Part shown: one piece after another, positions 8,139 to 17,247 of the stretch
Layout: the number at the start of each line of letters is the position of its first letter
Numbering within the stretch: position 1 is the first letter of the stretch
Source: a virus
Virus genome (UHGV): UHGV-0205140
DNA: 41,602 bases
Strand: one strand, 5' to 3'
The notes under the pieces: generated by a model
Told to the model about the DNA's origin: nothing
Seen by the model: the letters and a program-made list of their open reading frames with translations, nothing else
Database searches by the model: none
Program-made: the position numbers and the translations under genes

Positions 8139-9932
8139 ATGACACCTGAGGAACTGGAGAAGCTGCCAAAGCCATTAGAGCGTACCATGACGGCATTGGA
8201 ATTATCGGTTATGTCTGAGATCATACAGCGGATCCGGGAAGTGGCTCAGATCACCCCAGTCGCTGATTGGCTGTTGATCCGTATGGATGCTATTGGTAAA
8301 AGCAGGAAAGAAATTAAGCGCCTGCTCCGGGATGGCGTTGGATCGGCGGGGCTTGAGATCGACCAGATCTATGATCAGGCAATCCAGTCCGATTACATCC
8401 GCAACAAGGAGATATACGAGGCTGCCGGACAGGACTATGTGCCTTATGGGGATAATCAGTGGCTCCAGCAGGTAGCGGAGGCTGTCAGGGAACAGACCAA
8501 GGACACCCTAAGGCCCATGGAAAATATCACAAAAACCACAGGTTTTAATGTGCATATGGGAGGCAGGAAAGTGTTTACCCCGCTTTCTGAGTATCTGGAG
8601 CGCAGTTTGGACAAGGCTATGCTGGGAATTACCACAGGCACAAGGACATACAGTCAGGCGGTAGGAGAGGTTATTGACGAGATGACAGCCAGCGGCATAC
8701 GAACGGTTGATTATGCATCCGGCAAATCTGATCGGATCGAAGTAGCCGCCCGCCGTGCAGTTATGACAGGAATCGCCCAGATGACGGACAAAGTAAACGA
8801 AAAGAACGCAAAAGAACTGGGGACAGATTACTGGGAAGTGGACTGGCACATGGGGGCCAGAAACACAGGAACCGGGTATCTGAATCATCAGAGCTGGCAG
8901 GGAAGGGTTTATTCTTCTGAGGAGATGAGAACCGTCTGTGGACTGGGTGAAATGCTGGGATTTGCCGGGATTAACTGCTACCATATCCGTTTTCCCTTCC
9001 TTCCCGGTATCAGCAAACGGAGGTATACAGATGAGTGGCTGGAAGAACAGAACCGGAAAGAAAATGAAAAAAAGCTGTTTAAAGGGCGCGAATACGATAC
9101 ATATGGAGCCTTGCAGTATCAGAGACGCTTGGAGCGTACAATCCGAAAGCAGAAACAGGATATTAAGCTTTTAGTGGCGGCTAAGGCTGACCCGGATGAT
9201 ATTACAGCGGCTAAGGGCAGGCTGAGGCTGACGGATAAGACCTATGTGGAGTTTTCAAAGGAAATGGGGCTTAGGCAGCAGCGGGAACGGCTGAAAATTG
9301 GAAAAGATGTATCTGAGAGGGAAAAATCTTCTATTCAGATTGAAACAGAAAGTGCGAATATTGAAAATCTTCGTAAGGGTAGCAATATTGTTGATCTGAA
9401 AAAGATTGAATCCGATTTGTTCAGAAGTAAATTTACGCAACTTACTGGAAATTCAGCAGTAAATGACGCTTTGCGGAAATATGCAAGAGCCATGCTTGTG
9501 CATAGAAACGGAAGCGATGGAGAAGATCTGTATATTATTAGTGCCAAAAGCGGAAAAAGACTTTTTTCAAAAACAAATGGATCGAATAATTTGGGAGTAG
9601 AATTATCCAAAGAAGAAATTGAGGAAATCCAGAATTATGCCAGAACAGAGGGAATTATAGGGATGCATAACCATCCAACAAATGTATATCCTACAGGAGG
9701 GGATTTTGTTTCCGCTGGAGCAAGAGGATATGATTTTGGAGTGATAGTTACCCATGATGGAAGAGTGTTTCAGTATAAAGCTGGAGACAAACCATTCCGC
9801 AGTGAATATTTTAATAAGACTGTTGACAAATATGTTTCGAGGCCATACACTTATGACATAGAAGAGGCGCAGTTGACAGCATTGAAAGAATTTGAGAAGG
9901 AGTTTGGAATCGAATGGAGGGAATTGAAATAA
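8139..9932 (+). CDS. minor head / head-morphogenesis protein (MuF / SPP1 gp7 family) fused to a low-GC C-terminal cargo domain with a RadC/JAB-like HNHP motif
   Basis: The N-terminal roughly 390 aa look MuF-like and sit after the portal. Base composition drops sharply from about position 9300. The C-terminal region contains IIGMHNHPTNVYPTGGD (compare RadC ILAHNHPSGDPTPSxxD). Confidence 0.6.
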   Translation: MTPEELEKLPKPLERTMTALELSVMSEIIQRIREVAQITPVADWLLIRMDAIGKSRKEIKRLLRDGVGSAGLEIDQIYDQAIQSDYIRNKEIYEAAGQDYVPYGDNQWLQQVAEAVREQTKDTLRPMENITKTTGFNVHMGGRKVFTPLSEYLERSLDKAMLGITTGTRTYSQAVGEVIDEMTASGIRTVDYASGKSDRIEVAARRAVMTGIAQMTDKVNEKNAKELGTDYWEVDWHMGARNTGTGYLNHQSWQGRVYSSEEMRTVCGLGEMLGFAGINCYHIRFPFLPGISKRRYTDEWLEEQNRKENEKKLFKGREYDTYGALQYQRRLERTIRKQKQDIKLLVAAKADPDDITAAKGRLRLTDKTYVEFSKEMGLRQQRERLKIGKDVSEREKSSIQIETESANIENLRKGSNIVDLKKIESDLFRSKFTQLTGNSAVNDALRKYARAMLVHRNGSDGEDLYIISAKSGKRLFSKTNGSNNLGVELSKEEIEEIQNYARTEGIIGMHNHPTNVYPTGGDFVSAGARGYDFGVIVTHDGRVFQYKAGDKPFRSEYFNKTVDKYVSRPYTYDIEEAQLTALKEFEKEFGIEWRELK

Positions 9933-9961
9933 GAGGTAAGGATGTCATAGTCCATGAGGAA

Positions 9962-10042
9962 ATGACGGAAGAGGAAAGAAATGCAGAATTAGAACGATTA
10001 AAAAAAGAAAGCGAAGCTTTAACCGAATGGGAAGAAGAGTAG
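9962..10042 (+). CDS. 26-aa acidic peptide (speculative)
   Basis: Short ORF MTEEERNAELERLKKESEALTEWEEE between the MuF cargo domain and the terminator, with no strong RBS. Confidence 0.1.
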   Translation: MTEEERNAELERLKKESEALTEWEEE

Positions 10043-10044
10043 AT

Positions 10045-10076
10045 ACCACCAGTCAGTAATGGCCGGTGGTTTTTTG
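10045..10076 (+). terminator. rho-independent terminator
   Basis: Stem ACCACCaG / CCGGTGGT followed by TTTTTT. Confidence 0.55.
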
Positions 10077-10091
10077 TATGCATTTTTAGGT

Positions 10092-10107
10092 TGTGCGACG
10101 TCGCAAC
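10092..10107. promoter_or_regulatory. 16-bp element TGTGCGACGTCGCAAC with a 12-bp perfect palindrome core, copy 1
   Basis: Identical 16-mer at 27623-27638. It lies 15 bp upstream of the fibre-gene ATG, between the terminator and the RBS. Confidence 0.45.
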
Positions 10108-10122
10108 AGGGAGGTGAAACCG

Positions 10123-12303
10123 ATGATTGCAGCAGTATTTACAGAGAATAACGATTACGCCCAGGTTTACGGCGTGTGGCAGTGGGATTACGGGCAGGAG
10201 CTGCGGATCCAGGGCCTAAATCTTCCGGCGGCGGTTGAGATTCACTTTGCACTACAGGAAACCGGCGGCGAAGCTGTGACCCGTGTAGGTGTAACGCAGG
10301 ACGGGATAACAACCGTTCCGATCCCGGACAGTATGTTAGAAGGAGCCGGAAACTCTAAGGACTATCAGATCTATGCGTGGGTGTACCTGGCAGATCAGGT
10401 ATCTGGTGAAACGATCAAGCGGATCAAGATGCAGGTCAGGGCAAGACCCATGCCAGAGGCTTTTGAGGCTCCAGAAGATGGGGAGATCTTCCGTCAGGCC
10501 ATCGAGGCCGTCAATGAGGCCGCCAAGAGGGCAGAGGACGCGGGAAAGGAGGCAGTATCCTCCGCGGGTGAGGCCAGGGAGGCGGCCACACAGGCGGGGA
10601 AACATCTGGAAACCGTCCGGGGGTTGGCAGATCAGGCAGAGATTAACGCTGATACCGTGGCACAGGACAAACAGGCAGTAGCCGGTATGCTCTCTCAGGT
10701 GCAGCAGGCGGCCTCAGAAGCGGCCCTGTCGGCAGAGGCAGCCAAGTTATCAGAGACAGCCGCAGGACAGGCCCAAACGGGCGCAGAGGCGGCAGAGGAT
10801 GGGGCAAGGCAGTATGCCGCAGACACGGAGGCAGACCGGCAGGAGGTTGCAAGCGCCAGGCAGGCAGTACAGCAGATGCGTGAGACCGTGGCAGCGGACA
10901 AATCAGAAGTTGAGCAGACAGCAGCAGGTTTTGTAGATACAGCCCGGCAGGCAGTATCAGATGTTAATGCTGCGGGCAAGGCCCAGGTAGATGCTATTAA
11001 GACAGCCGGGCAGGGTGCGTCAAATGCGGTAGAGACAGCCAAAACAACAGCAGTACAGGCAGTCACTGCGGAAGGCGATAAGCAAGTACAGCGAGTGCAG
11101 GAAGCGGCGGCAGGTGTTGAGGCCGATCGGGAGCAGATCAACCAGAATAAGGCCGACATAGCTGGTTTGGCAGAAGGCATAACTGATCTGGCACCGGGGA
11201 TCAAGATTACCACCACCGGCACAGACATCACCATCAAGGACGCCGCCGAGGGCCGGGCGTTTAAGGGGCTGCGGGTGTTTGGGCGGACGGATCAGAAGGG
11301 AACGCCAAGCCCGGAAACTCCGCAGGAGATGGAGACGGCGGGGGAGAGCGGTAGTATTGAGGTATTGGTAGCTGGCAGTAATCTGTTAAAACCCAACAAT
11401 TACAATGTTTTTTGCGAATCTCCGTTGGAAGCAAACACGGTAGTTACTCTTATGACGAATGGAAAAGCATCAAATGGTGGCAATATTAAATTTATCGGAA
11501 CCGATGATTCAAATGTCTGGTTTAGTATTGATAAAGGACAAACCAGGGTTTGCAAATCTATAGGAAGTAAGCCTGTTAAAGGTTTTTATGATTTACTCAC
11601 ACAGACGTCTGGACTAGAATATATGCTTGCCGTTGGTGATGTAAAAACCTATGAATCCTACCGCACCTCCCAGTCCCTTACGCTATCCACCCCAAACGGC
11701 CTTCCAGGGATCCCAGTATCATCCGGCGGCAACTATACAGATGCCAAGGGCCAGCAGTGGGTATGCGACGAGATCGATCTTGGACGCGGGAAGTATGTGC
11801 AGCGGGTAGCAGCCGAAAGCATAAGCGGCGGCTGGAAGTTGGTGGATACTTCAGACGTACCAGGAAGATTTATCCAAAATAACCGTGTGTCCAATGCATA
11901 TGCAAATGGAGGGAAAACCGCACTATGTACTATTGCAGCGTGGACAAATTATGGTGTAAGTAAAGGGGATAATAGATATGTGTTCGTGGTAAGTGGTACT
12001 GCGTTTTATATATCTCCACCATCGGATGTATCCATGACAGCGGACGAACTTAATGCAAAGCTTAATGCATTAAAAGATCCTGTGGTTATACTGGGGCAGC
12101 TTGCCGCCCCCATCGAACGCGGCCTCACCCCGGAAGAGATCGCCGCCTACAAGGCCCTTCGGACGTACAGCCCGACTACGGTTGTGAGCAATGACGCGGG
12201 GTGCCATATGGAGACAACCTATATCGCTGATACCAAGACCTATATCGACAACAAATTTGCGGCCCTTAATAAGACCATATTAGATGCAGTAGGAGGTACA
12301 TAA
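10123..12303 (+). CDS. fibre-like structural protein: BppU-N-like N-terminal domain, about 250-aa Ala/Gln/Glu-rich coiled coil, beta-rich C-terminal receptor-binding-like domain
   Basis: ATG 10123 with a GGGAGGTG RBS (the track ORF starts at an upstream GTG). Architecture and composition as described. Located between MuF and scaffold. Confidence 0.55.
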   Translation: MIAAVFTENNDYAQVYGVWQWDYGQELRIQGLNLPAAVEIHFALQETGGEAVTRVGVTQDGITTVPIPDSMLEGAGNSKDYQIYAWVYLADQVSGETIKRIKMQVRARPMPEAFEAPEDGEIFRQAIEAVNEAAKRAEDAGKEAVSSAGEAREAATQAGKHLETVRGLADQAEINADTVAQDKQAVAGMLSQVQQAASEAALSAEAAKLSETAAGQAQTGAEAAEDGARQYAADTEADRQEVASARQAVQQMRETVAADKSEVEQTAAGFVDTARQAVSDVNAAGKAQVDAIKTAGQGASNAVETAKTTAVQAVTAEGDKQVQRVQEAAAGVEADREQINQNKADIAGLAEGITDLAPGIKITTTGTDITIKDAAEGRAFKGLRVFGRTDQKGTPSPETPQEMETAGESGSIEVLVAGSNLLKPNNYNVFCESPLEANTVVTLMTNGKASNGGNIKFIGTDDSNVWFSIDKGQTRVCKSIGSKPVKGFYDLLTQTSGLEYMLAVGDVKTYESYRTSQSLTLSTPNGLPGIPVSSGGNYTDAKGQQWVCDEIDLGRGKYVQRVAAESISGGWKLVDTSDVPGRFIQNNRVSNAYANGGKTALCTIAAWTNYGVSKGDNRYVFVVSGTAFYISPPSDVSMTADELNAKLNALKDPVVILGQLAAPIERGLTPEEIAAYKALRTYSPTTVVSNDAGCHMETTYIADTKTYIDNKFAALNKTILDAVGGT

Positions 12304-12746
12304 TGCATGAGATTATAAGAAACGTAATCCAGTCGGGCAGCTATGAACTGACGGATATTCTGAAAAAGATCGATACCATCTGGCTCCAAGGCGCCCTCAC
12401 GGATGAGGAGCGCACGGAGCTGGTTGATCTGGCCCGTACCCGCGCCGACCCGGAAAACAGTTATGCCCCATTGCAGAAACAGGTCGACACCCTGTACACC
12501 AACATGACTGAGATGGGAAAGACAATCCTCAGCCTGACGGGCCGGATCGCCAAGCTGGAAGGCGGCAGCGTCACCCCGCCAGAGACGGAGGAGTACCCCG
12601 CATGGGTACAGCCCACCGGGGCACATGACGCTTATAACACCGGCGATAAGATGACTTACACGGACGGCAAGCGGTATATCTGCCAGATGGACGGCTGCGT
12701 ATGGGGGCCGGATGCGTACCCATCAGGCTGGAAACTGGTTGAGTGA
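12303..12746 (+). CDS. small protein with a C-terminal CBM5/12 (chitin-binding type 3-like) carbohydrate-binding domain
   Basis: C-terminal AWVQPTGAHDAYNTGDKMTYTDGKRYICQMDGCVWGPDAYPSGWKLV matches the CBM5/12 W..Y..GD.V...G..Y...W pattern. The ATG overlaps the upstream stop. Confidence 0.5.
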   Translation: MHEIIRNVIQSGSYELTDILKKIDTIWLQGALTDEERTELVDLARTRADPENSYAPLQKQVDTLYTNMTEMGKTILSLTGRIAKLEGGSVTPPETEEYPAWVQPTGAHDAYNTGDKMTYTDGKRYICQMDGCVWGPDAYPSGWKLVE

Positions 12747-12760
12747 GGGGAGGTGAGCTC

Positions 12761-12883
12761 ATGGGACTGATTACATGGTGGAGACAGCGCAGATGCAGGC
12801 ACAGGTACCGTAAGCATTGGAGCCGGGAGGCTGGCGGGTATGTGCGGCGGTGCGTTAAGTGCGGAAAGGAGATTAAGAGATGA
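12761..12883 (+). CDS. 40-aa basic Cys-rich peptide
   Basis: GGGAGGTGAG RBS. Its stop overlaps the next ATG (ATGA). Confidence 0.3.
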   Translation: MGLITWWRQRRCRHRYRKHWSREAGGYVRRCVKCGKEIKR

Positions 12884-13146
12884 GTGAGTGCAAGAGAGAA
12901 ATGAGATTAGATGATACAGCTGAGATGATGAGCAGTCCAGATTACAAGGAACGCTTTAGGGCCGAGTATTATCAGATTGTGATTCGATACCGCAAACTGA
13001 AAGCTATGCTGGATAAGTGGGATCAGGATATGCTGGACTTTGAGCCGACCTGCCCCAGAAGTACCTACAATATGCAGGTAAAGGCTATGACGGATTATAT
13101 CGCTGTGTTGGAAGCACGGGCAGTAATGGAAAGCGTAAAATTGTAG
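12880..13146 (+). CDS. hypothetical helical protein
   Basis: ORF coupled to the upstream peptide. Confidence 0.4.
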   Translation: MSECKREMRLDDTAEMMSSPDYKERFRAEYYQIVIRYRKLKAMLDKWDQDMLDFEPTCPRSTYNMQVKAMTDYIAVLEARAVMESVKL

Positions 13147-13178
13147 TCATAGCAAGTCATAGAATTAGTCATAAGCAC

Positions 13179-13216
13179 GCAGGCGGGGCCTGGGTGTTAT
13201 TTTTATGTTTTTTTTC
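13179..13216 (+). terminator. putative intrinsic terminator
   Basis: CAGGC-GGG-GCCTG hairpin followed by a T-rich tract TTATTTTTATGTTTTTTTT. Confidence 0.35.
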
Positions 13217-13314
13217 GGTCAGATGATGAGACCTAAAACAGTCATTCGTTTGGTGGATGGTTACACACCTATAAATAACCTAACGGCGAATCATGGAAAG
13301 AAAGGAAGTATGAA

Positions 13315-13848
13315 ATGAAAACAGAAGATTTACAGGCAAAAGGTCTGACACAGGAGCAGATCGATTATGTTATGGCCGAGTATGGCAGAGAGCTGAATGG
13401 AGTTAAGCAGGACCGCGACAATTATAAGGCGCAGCTTGCAGCAGCTCAGGCTACACTTAAAAGTTTTGAGGGCGTAAATGTGCAGGAACTTCAGGGAAAG
13501 ATTACCCAGCTGACTTCTGATCTGGCGGTAAAAGAAACTGAGTACCAGAAACAGATTGCAGACAGGGATTTCAATGACCTTCTGAAGACAACAGCAGAGG
13601 GCTTTAAGCCGCGTGATCTGAAGGCTGTCATGCCGTTCCTGGATGTCGAAAAGCTGAAGGCCAGCAAGAACCAGGAGGCAGATATTAAGGCAGCTCTGGA
13701 TGTTGTAAAGAAGGATAATGCTTATCTGTTTCAGGATATCAATATCCCCAGGGTGGTTTCCACTACGCCTGGTCCGGGCGGTGCGGCAGCAGAGGACACA
13801 AAAGCCAGAGCGAATGCAGCATTAAGAAACATTTTAGGAAGAGAATAA
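13315..13848 (+). CDS. scaffolding protein (GP20-like)
   Basis: Helical, coiled-coil-like 177-aa protein immediately upstream of the major capsid gene. Confidence 0.55.
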   Translation: MKTEDLQAKGLTQEQIDYVMAEYGRELNGVKQDRDNYKAQLAAAQATLKSFEGVNVQELQGKITQLTSDLAVKETEYQKQIADRDFNDLLKTTAEGFKPRDLKAVMPFLDVEKLKASKNQEADIKAALDVVKKDNAYLFQDINIPRVVSTTPGPGGAAAEDTKARANAALRNILGRE

Positions 13849-13860
13849 GGAGGAAACAAT

Positions 13861-15054
13861 ATGGCAGTACATATTACAAGCAGGGCCGATGCAGAGGCCA
13901 TTATCCGTGAACAGGTGGTATCCACTATTTTTCAGGATGCGCCCAAACAGTCTGTATTCATGTCTTTGGCACGCAAGCTGCCGAACATGACAAGCAATCA
14001 GACCCGTATCCGTGTACTGGATTTCCTGCCGACTGCTTACTGGGTAAACGGTGACACTGGTATGAAGCAGACCAGCAAGCAGGCATGGGATAACGTGTAT
14101 ATCAATGCGGCAGAACTGGCAGTCATCGTTCCGATTCCGGAGGCAGTCCTGGACGACGCAGAGTTTGACATTTTTGGAGAAATCACTCCAAGAGTGAATG
14201 AGGCAATCGGCCAGAGAGTAGACAGTGCCGCTATCTTCGGTGTGAACCGTCCGGCAGAATGGCAGAACGATATCGTTACACTGGCCCGTCAGGCGGGCAA
14301 TAACGTAGCACCTGGAGGAAGTCCTGATTATTATGACCTGATTCTTGGAGAAGGCGGCGTGATTTCCAAGGTAGAGGAAGATGGTTATATGTCCACAGGT
14401 GCTCTGGCTTCTATGGGAATGAGGGCAAAACTGAGAGGGGTTAAATCTACTGACGGAACCCCTATCTTTAAATCCGATATGCAGGGCTCTACAAACTATG
14501 CACTGGATGGTGCGCCGATGTACTTCCCTCAGAACGGGGCATTTGACAATACGATTGCGCAGCTGATCATTGGCGACTTTAAGCAGGCTGTATATGCAAT
14601 CCGTCAGGATATCACTGTAAAGATTCTGGATCAGGGTATTATTCAGGATCCTGCTACAAAGGAGATCGTCTACAACCTGGCCCAGCAGGACATGGTAGCG
14701 CTGCGAATCGTGTTCCGTATGGGCTGGGCGCTGCCGAACCCTGCAACCCGTATGGATGAGGACCGCGTGGGCTGCCCGTTTGCATATCTGGAGCCTGCAA
14801 CTGCAGTAACCACCCAGAAGGTTACTTTTACAGTCAAGGATAACAACAGCGAGCCTAAGGCCGTTGAAGGCGCTATTGTGGATGTGAATGGTTCCCGACT
14901 GAAAACCAACGCCGCCGGCGTGGTAGAGTTCTATTTGCGTCCAGGTACTTATCCGGCAAAGATCAAAAAGAATGGGTATGGTACGATCACGGAGACCGTA
15001 ACTGTAGACAAGGCTGCGGTACCTAAGGCGATCACTCTGATCCCCAATGCGTAG
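13861..15054 (+). CDS. major capsid protein (HK97 fold) with a C-terminal CarboxypepD_reg/Ig-like beta-sandwich extension
   Basis: About 400 aa following the scaffold. The C-terminal VTFTVKDNNSEPKAVEGAIVDVNG...GVVEFYLRPGTYPAKIKKNGY resembles carboxypeptidase-regulatory-like domains. Confidence 0.65.
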   Translation: MAVHITSRADAEAIIREQVVSTIFQDAPKQSVFMSLARKLPNMTSNQTRIRVLDFLPTAYWVNGDTGMKQTSKQAWDNVYINAAELAVIVPIPEAVLDDAEFDIFGEITPRVNEAIGQRVDSAAIFGVNRPAEWQNDIVTLARQAGNNVAPGGSPDYYDLILGEGGVISKVEEDGYMSTGALASMGMRAKLRGVKSTDGTPIFKSDMQGSTNYALDGAPMYFPQNGAFDNTIAQLIIGDFKQAVYAIRQDITVKILDQGIIQDPATKEIVYNLAQQDMVALRIVFRMGWALPNPATRMDEDRVGCPFAYLEPATAVTTQKVTFTVKDNNSEPKAVEGAIVDVNGSRLKTNAAGVVEFYLRPGTYPAKIKKNGYGTITETVTVDKAAVPKAITLIPNA

Positions 15055-15063
15055 AAAGGAGCC

Positions 15064-15441
15064 ATGGTGCTGATGAGTTATGCAGATGAAGGATTTTATA
15101 CGGACCGATACCTGCTGGGGCGTAAGCCGGCCATCAGCGCCGGTTTTGACTTTTATGCCCGTCAGGCCAGCCAGATCATTGACCACTATACGTTCGGCCG
15201 TCTGGAGAATGCGGCCAAGATTCCAGAGGCAGCGCGTCTGTGCTGCTGCGAACTGGCAGAAACAGAGTATGCCAGGGAAAAGCAGAGGAAAGATGCTGGA
15301 GGGAAAACGTCAGAGAAGATAGGAACTTATTCTGTCAGCTTCGGAACTACTGGAGAAAGCAATTCTGCGTTTACCAGAGAACAGAGGGCCATCGTGATGA
15401 AATGGCTTGGAAATACCGGCCTGTGTTATCAGGGGGTGTGA
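15064..15441 (+). CDS. head-tail connector (gp6-like) protein
   Basis: Position and size fit. An alternative ATG lies at 15073. Confidence 0.45.
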   Translation: MVLMSYADEGFYTDRYLLGRKPAISAGFDFYARQASQIIDHYTFGRLENAAKIPEAARLCCCELAETEYAREKQRKDAGGKTSEKIGTYSVSFGTTGESNSAFTREQRAIVMKWLGNTGLCYQGV

Positions 15442-15442
15442 T

Positions 15443-15823
15443 ATGTATACCAACGCAGACGTAACGCTGTATCTGTACAGCAAAGAGGGCAAGGATGTGC
15501 ATTATACCCGTGTTCCCATTGAGGGAGTGTATTGGGAGGATGTGCAGCAGTCCACATTTCTTAAGACAGGGCAGAGGGATGCAGCCTCTGTCCTGTTGGT
15601 AATCCCCTATGAGAATCTGGACAGCTCTCTGCGATTTACCAGAGGCAAGGATCTGGCTGTTAAAGGTGTTGTCTTGGATGAGATTGACTGCGACAGCCAA
15701 GAGACCTTGTCGAAATCATTGGCAGCCTTAAAGGCTGCTTATAACTATGTGACGGTTACTACTGTGGATGAAAGGCTGTATGGCAGCGAATCCGTATGGC
15801 ATTATGAACTGTCCTGCAAGTAA
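15443..15823 (+). CDS. head closure / head-tail joining protein
   Basis: AGGGGGTG RBS. Follows the connector in gene order. Confidence 0.4.
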   Translation: MYTNADVTLYLYSKEGKDVHYTRVPIEGVYWEDVQQSTFLKTGQRDAASVLLVIPYENLDSSLRFTRGKDLAVKGVVLDEIDCDSQETLSKSLAALKAAYNYVTVTTVDERLYGSESVWHYELSCK

Positions 15824-15833
15824 GGAGGCAGAT

Positions 15834-16256
15834 ATGGAAATTAAATTTGAAATGAAGCCTCCGAAGGATCTTCTGGGAGCCCGTGGGTTACAGGAAGGAG
15901 GGCCAGTGCAAAAGCTGGTAGACAGCGAGTGCATGAGGTACATGGCCCCATATATGCCCCGCAGGCAGGCGGGAGAGCTGGAACACATGATGGTTATGGC
16001 AACAGTGATCGGATCCGGGCAGATTGATATCCCTGGGCCATATGCCCATTACCTCTATGAGGGCGTTCTGTATGTGTCTCCCAGTACAGGCAGCGCCTGG
16101 GCAAAAAAGAATGAGATTAAAGTGCCTACAGGTAAAGAACTGACCTACGCCGGGGCCCCTATGAGGGGGAAGAAGTGGTTTGAGCGGATGAAAGCAGACC
16201 ACAAGGATGATATCCTCCGGGCGGCACAGGCTCTGGCAGACAGGAGGGGAAACTAA
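15834..16256 (+). CDS. HK97 gp10-like tail component
   Basis: AAGGAGG RBS. The PYAHYLYEG motif is reminiscent of the gp10-family YAxxVEFG motif. Confidence 0.4.
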   Translation: MEIKFEMKPPKDLLGARGLQEGGPVQKLVDSECMRYMAPYMPRRQAGELEHMMVMATVIGSGQIDIPGPYAHYLYEGVLYVSPSTGSAWAKKNEIKVPTGKELTYAGAPMRGKKWFERMKADHKDDILRAAQALADRRGN

Positions 16257-16711
16257 TGACAATCATAGATTATATGCGCCAGACATTGACGGAGTACCCA
16301 AAGATATCTGAGTTTCTGGCCGGGGATGAGATCCATATTGATTTTACGGAGCCGGAGCCGGTTAACTATGGGTTGTCCAGCAACGGGGACAGCCTGGTAA
16401 AAGAGGATGTGCTGGGGAACCAGATCCGGCAGCATAATTTTGTTATGTATGCGGTCGGTCAGTCTTTTACGGATTATAACCGGCTGGCGAACAGCAACTT
16501 CCTTCTGGAGCTGTCGATCTGGCTGGAGCGGTTGCCTTCCGGGGATGGGTTGACATTTCAGGCTGGAGATCAGGAGTTAAAAGGAACTTTTTTGAAGGCA
16601 ACTACAGCCAATGCAATGAGCATGGGGCTGATGGGAGACACCATTGACAGCGGCGTAATGTATCAGTTACAGATCTACGCCCAGTACAAAATAGAAAGCG
16701 AGGAATTTTAA
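16256..16711 (+). CDS. tail completion / tail terminator-like protein
   Basis: Call from gene order only. Confidence 0.3.
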   Translation: MTIIDYMRQTLTEYPKISEFLAGDEIHIDFTEPEPVNYGLSSNGDSLVKEDVLGNQIRQHNFVMYAVGQSFTDYNRLANSNFLLELSIWLERLPSGDGLTFQAGDQELKGTFLKATTANAMSMGLMGDTIDSGVMYQLQIYAQYKIESEEF

Positions 16712-17230
16712 ATGCCAGGAACAGTAACAGGGAAAATCAAGCGTAAATTCATGGCACACTATATTGATGCGGCAGCGCCGGCAGCTTCCGGGGGTACAGC
16801 GAAATATGTCCGCTTAGGCAAGGACCTGGAAGAGTTTAACGTGGAAATGAATGCCAATGTAGACACCAAAAGTAATATCTGGGGGGAAACATCCGTAAAT
16901 CTGGATAGCTATCAGCCCCAGGCATCCGCCGAGCCGTATTATGCAGAGATTGGGGATCCTTTGTTTGGGCGTTTGCAGACCATTATTGACGAGCGTCAGA
17001 CGCTGGATGATCTGAAAACCTCTGTAGTAGAGGTGCATCTTTGGGAAGAGCATGAGACAAAGACAGGTTCTTATGTTGCGTATAAGGAAGATGCTATTAT
17101 TGAGGTTTCCAGCTATGGAGGTGATACAACCGGATACCAGATTCCATTTAATGTACATCATACCGGGAATCGGGTCAAGGGACTGTTTGCATTAGCAACT
17201 AAGACGTTTACAGAGGATGGAAAGGAATGA
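16712..17230 (+). CDS. major tail protein
   Basis: 172 aa, immediately upstream of the chaperone pair and the tape measure. No sheath gene is present, consistent with a siphovirus tail. Confidence 0.5.
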   Translation: MPGTVTGKIKRKFMAHYIDAAAPAASGGTAKYVRLGKDLEEFNVEMNANVDTKSNIWGETSVNLDSYQPQASAEPYYAEIGDPLFGRLQTIIDERQTLDDLKTSVVEVHLWEEHETKTGSYVAYKEDAIIEVSSYGGDTTGYQIPFNVHHTGNRVKGLFALATKTFTEDGKE

Positions 17231-17247
17231 AGGGGAGAAGGTAAAGG

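Noticed and set aside
10373-11237. Plus-frame and minus-strand ORFs (102 aa and 180 aa) inside the fibre coiled-coil region
   Set aside because: They are artefacts of the GC-rich Ala-codon repeat (GCx/Gxx), which lacks stops in several frames. They are Arg/Pro-rich or Cys/Ala-rich with no starts in context.
13834-15186. 450-aa ORF on the minus strand covering the whole major capsid gene
   Set aside because: It lies exactly antisense to a well-supported HK97-fold capsid gene. The product has no motifs or RBS and a Cys/His/Arg-rich composition typical of an antisense frame of GC-balanced coding DNA.
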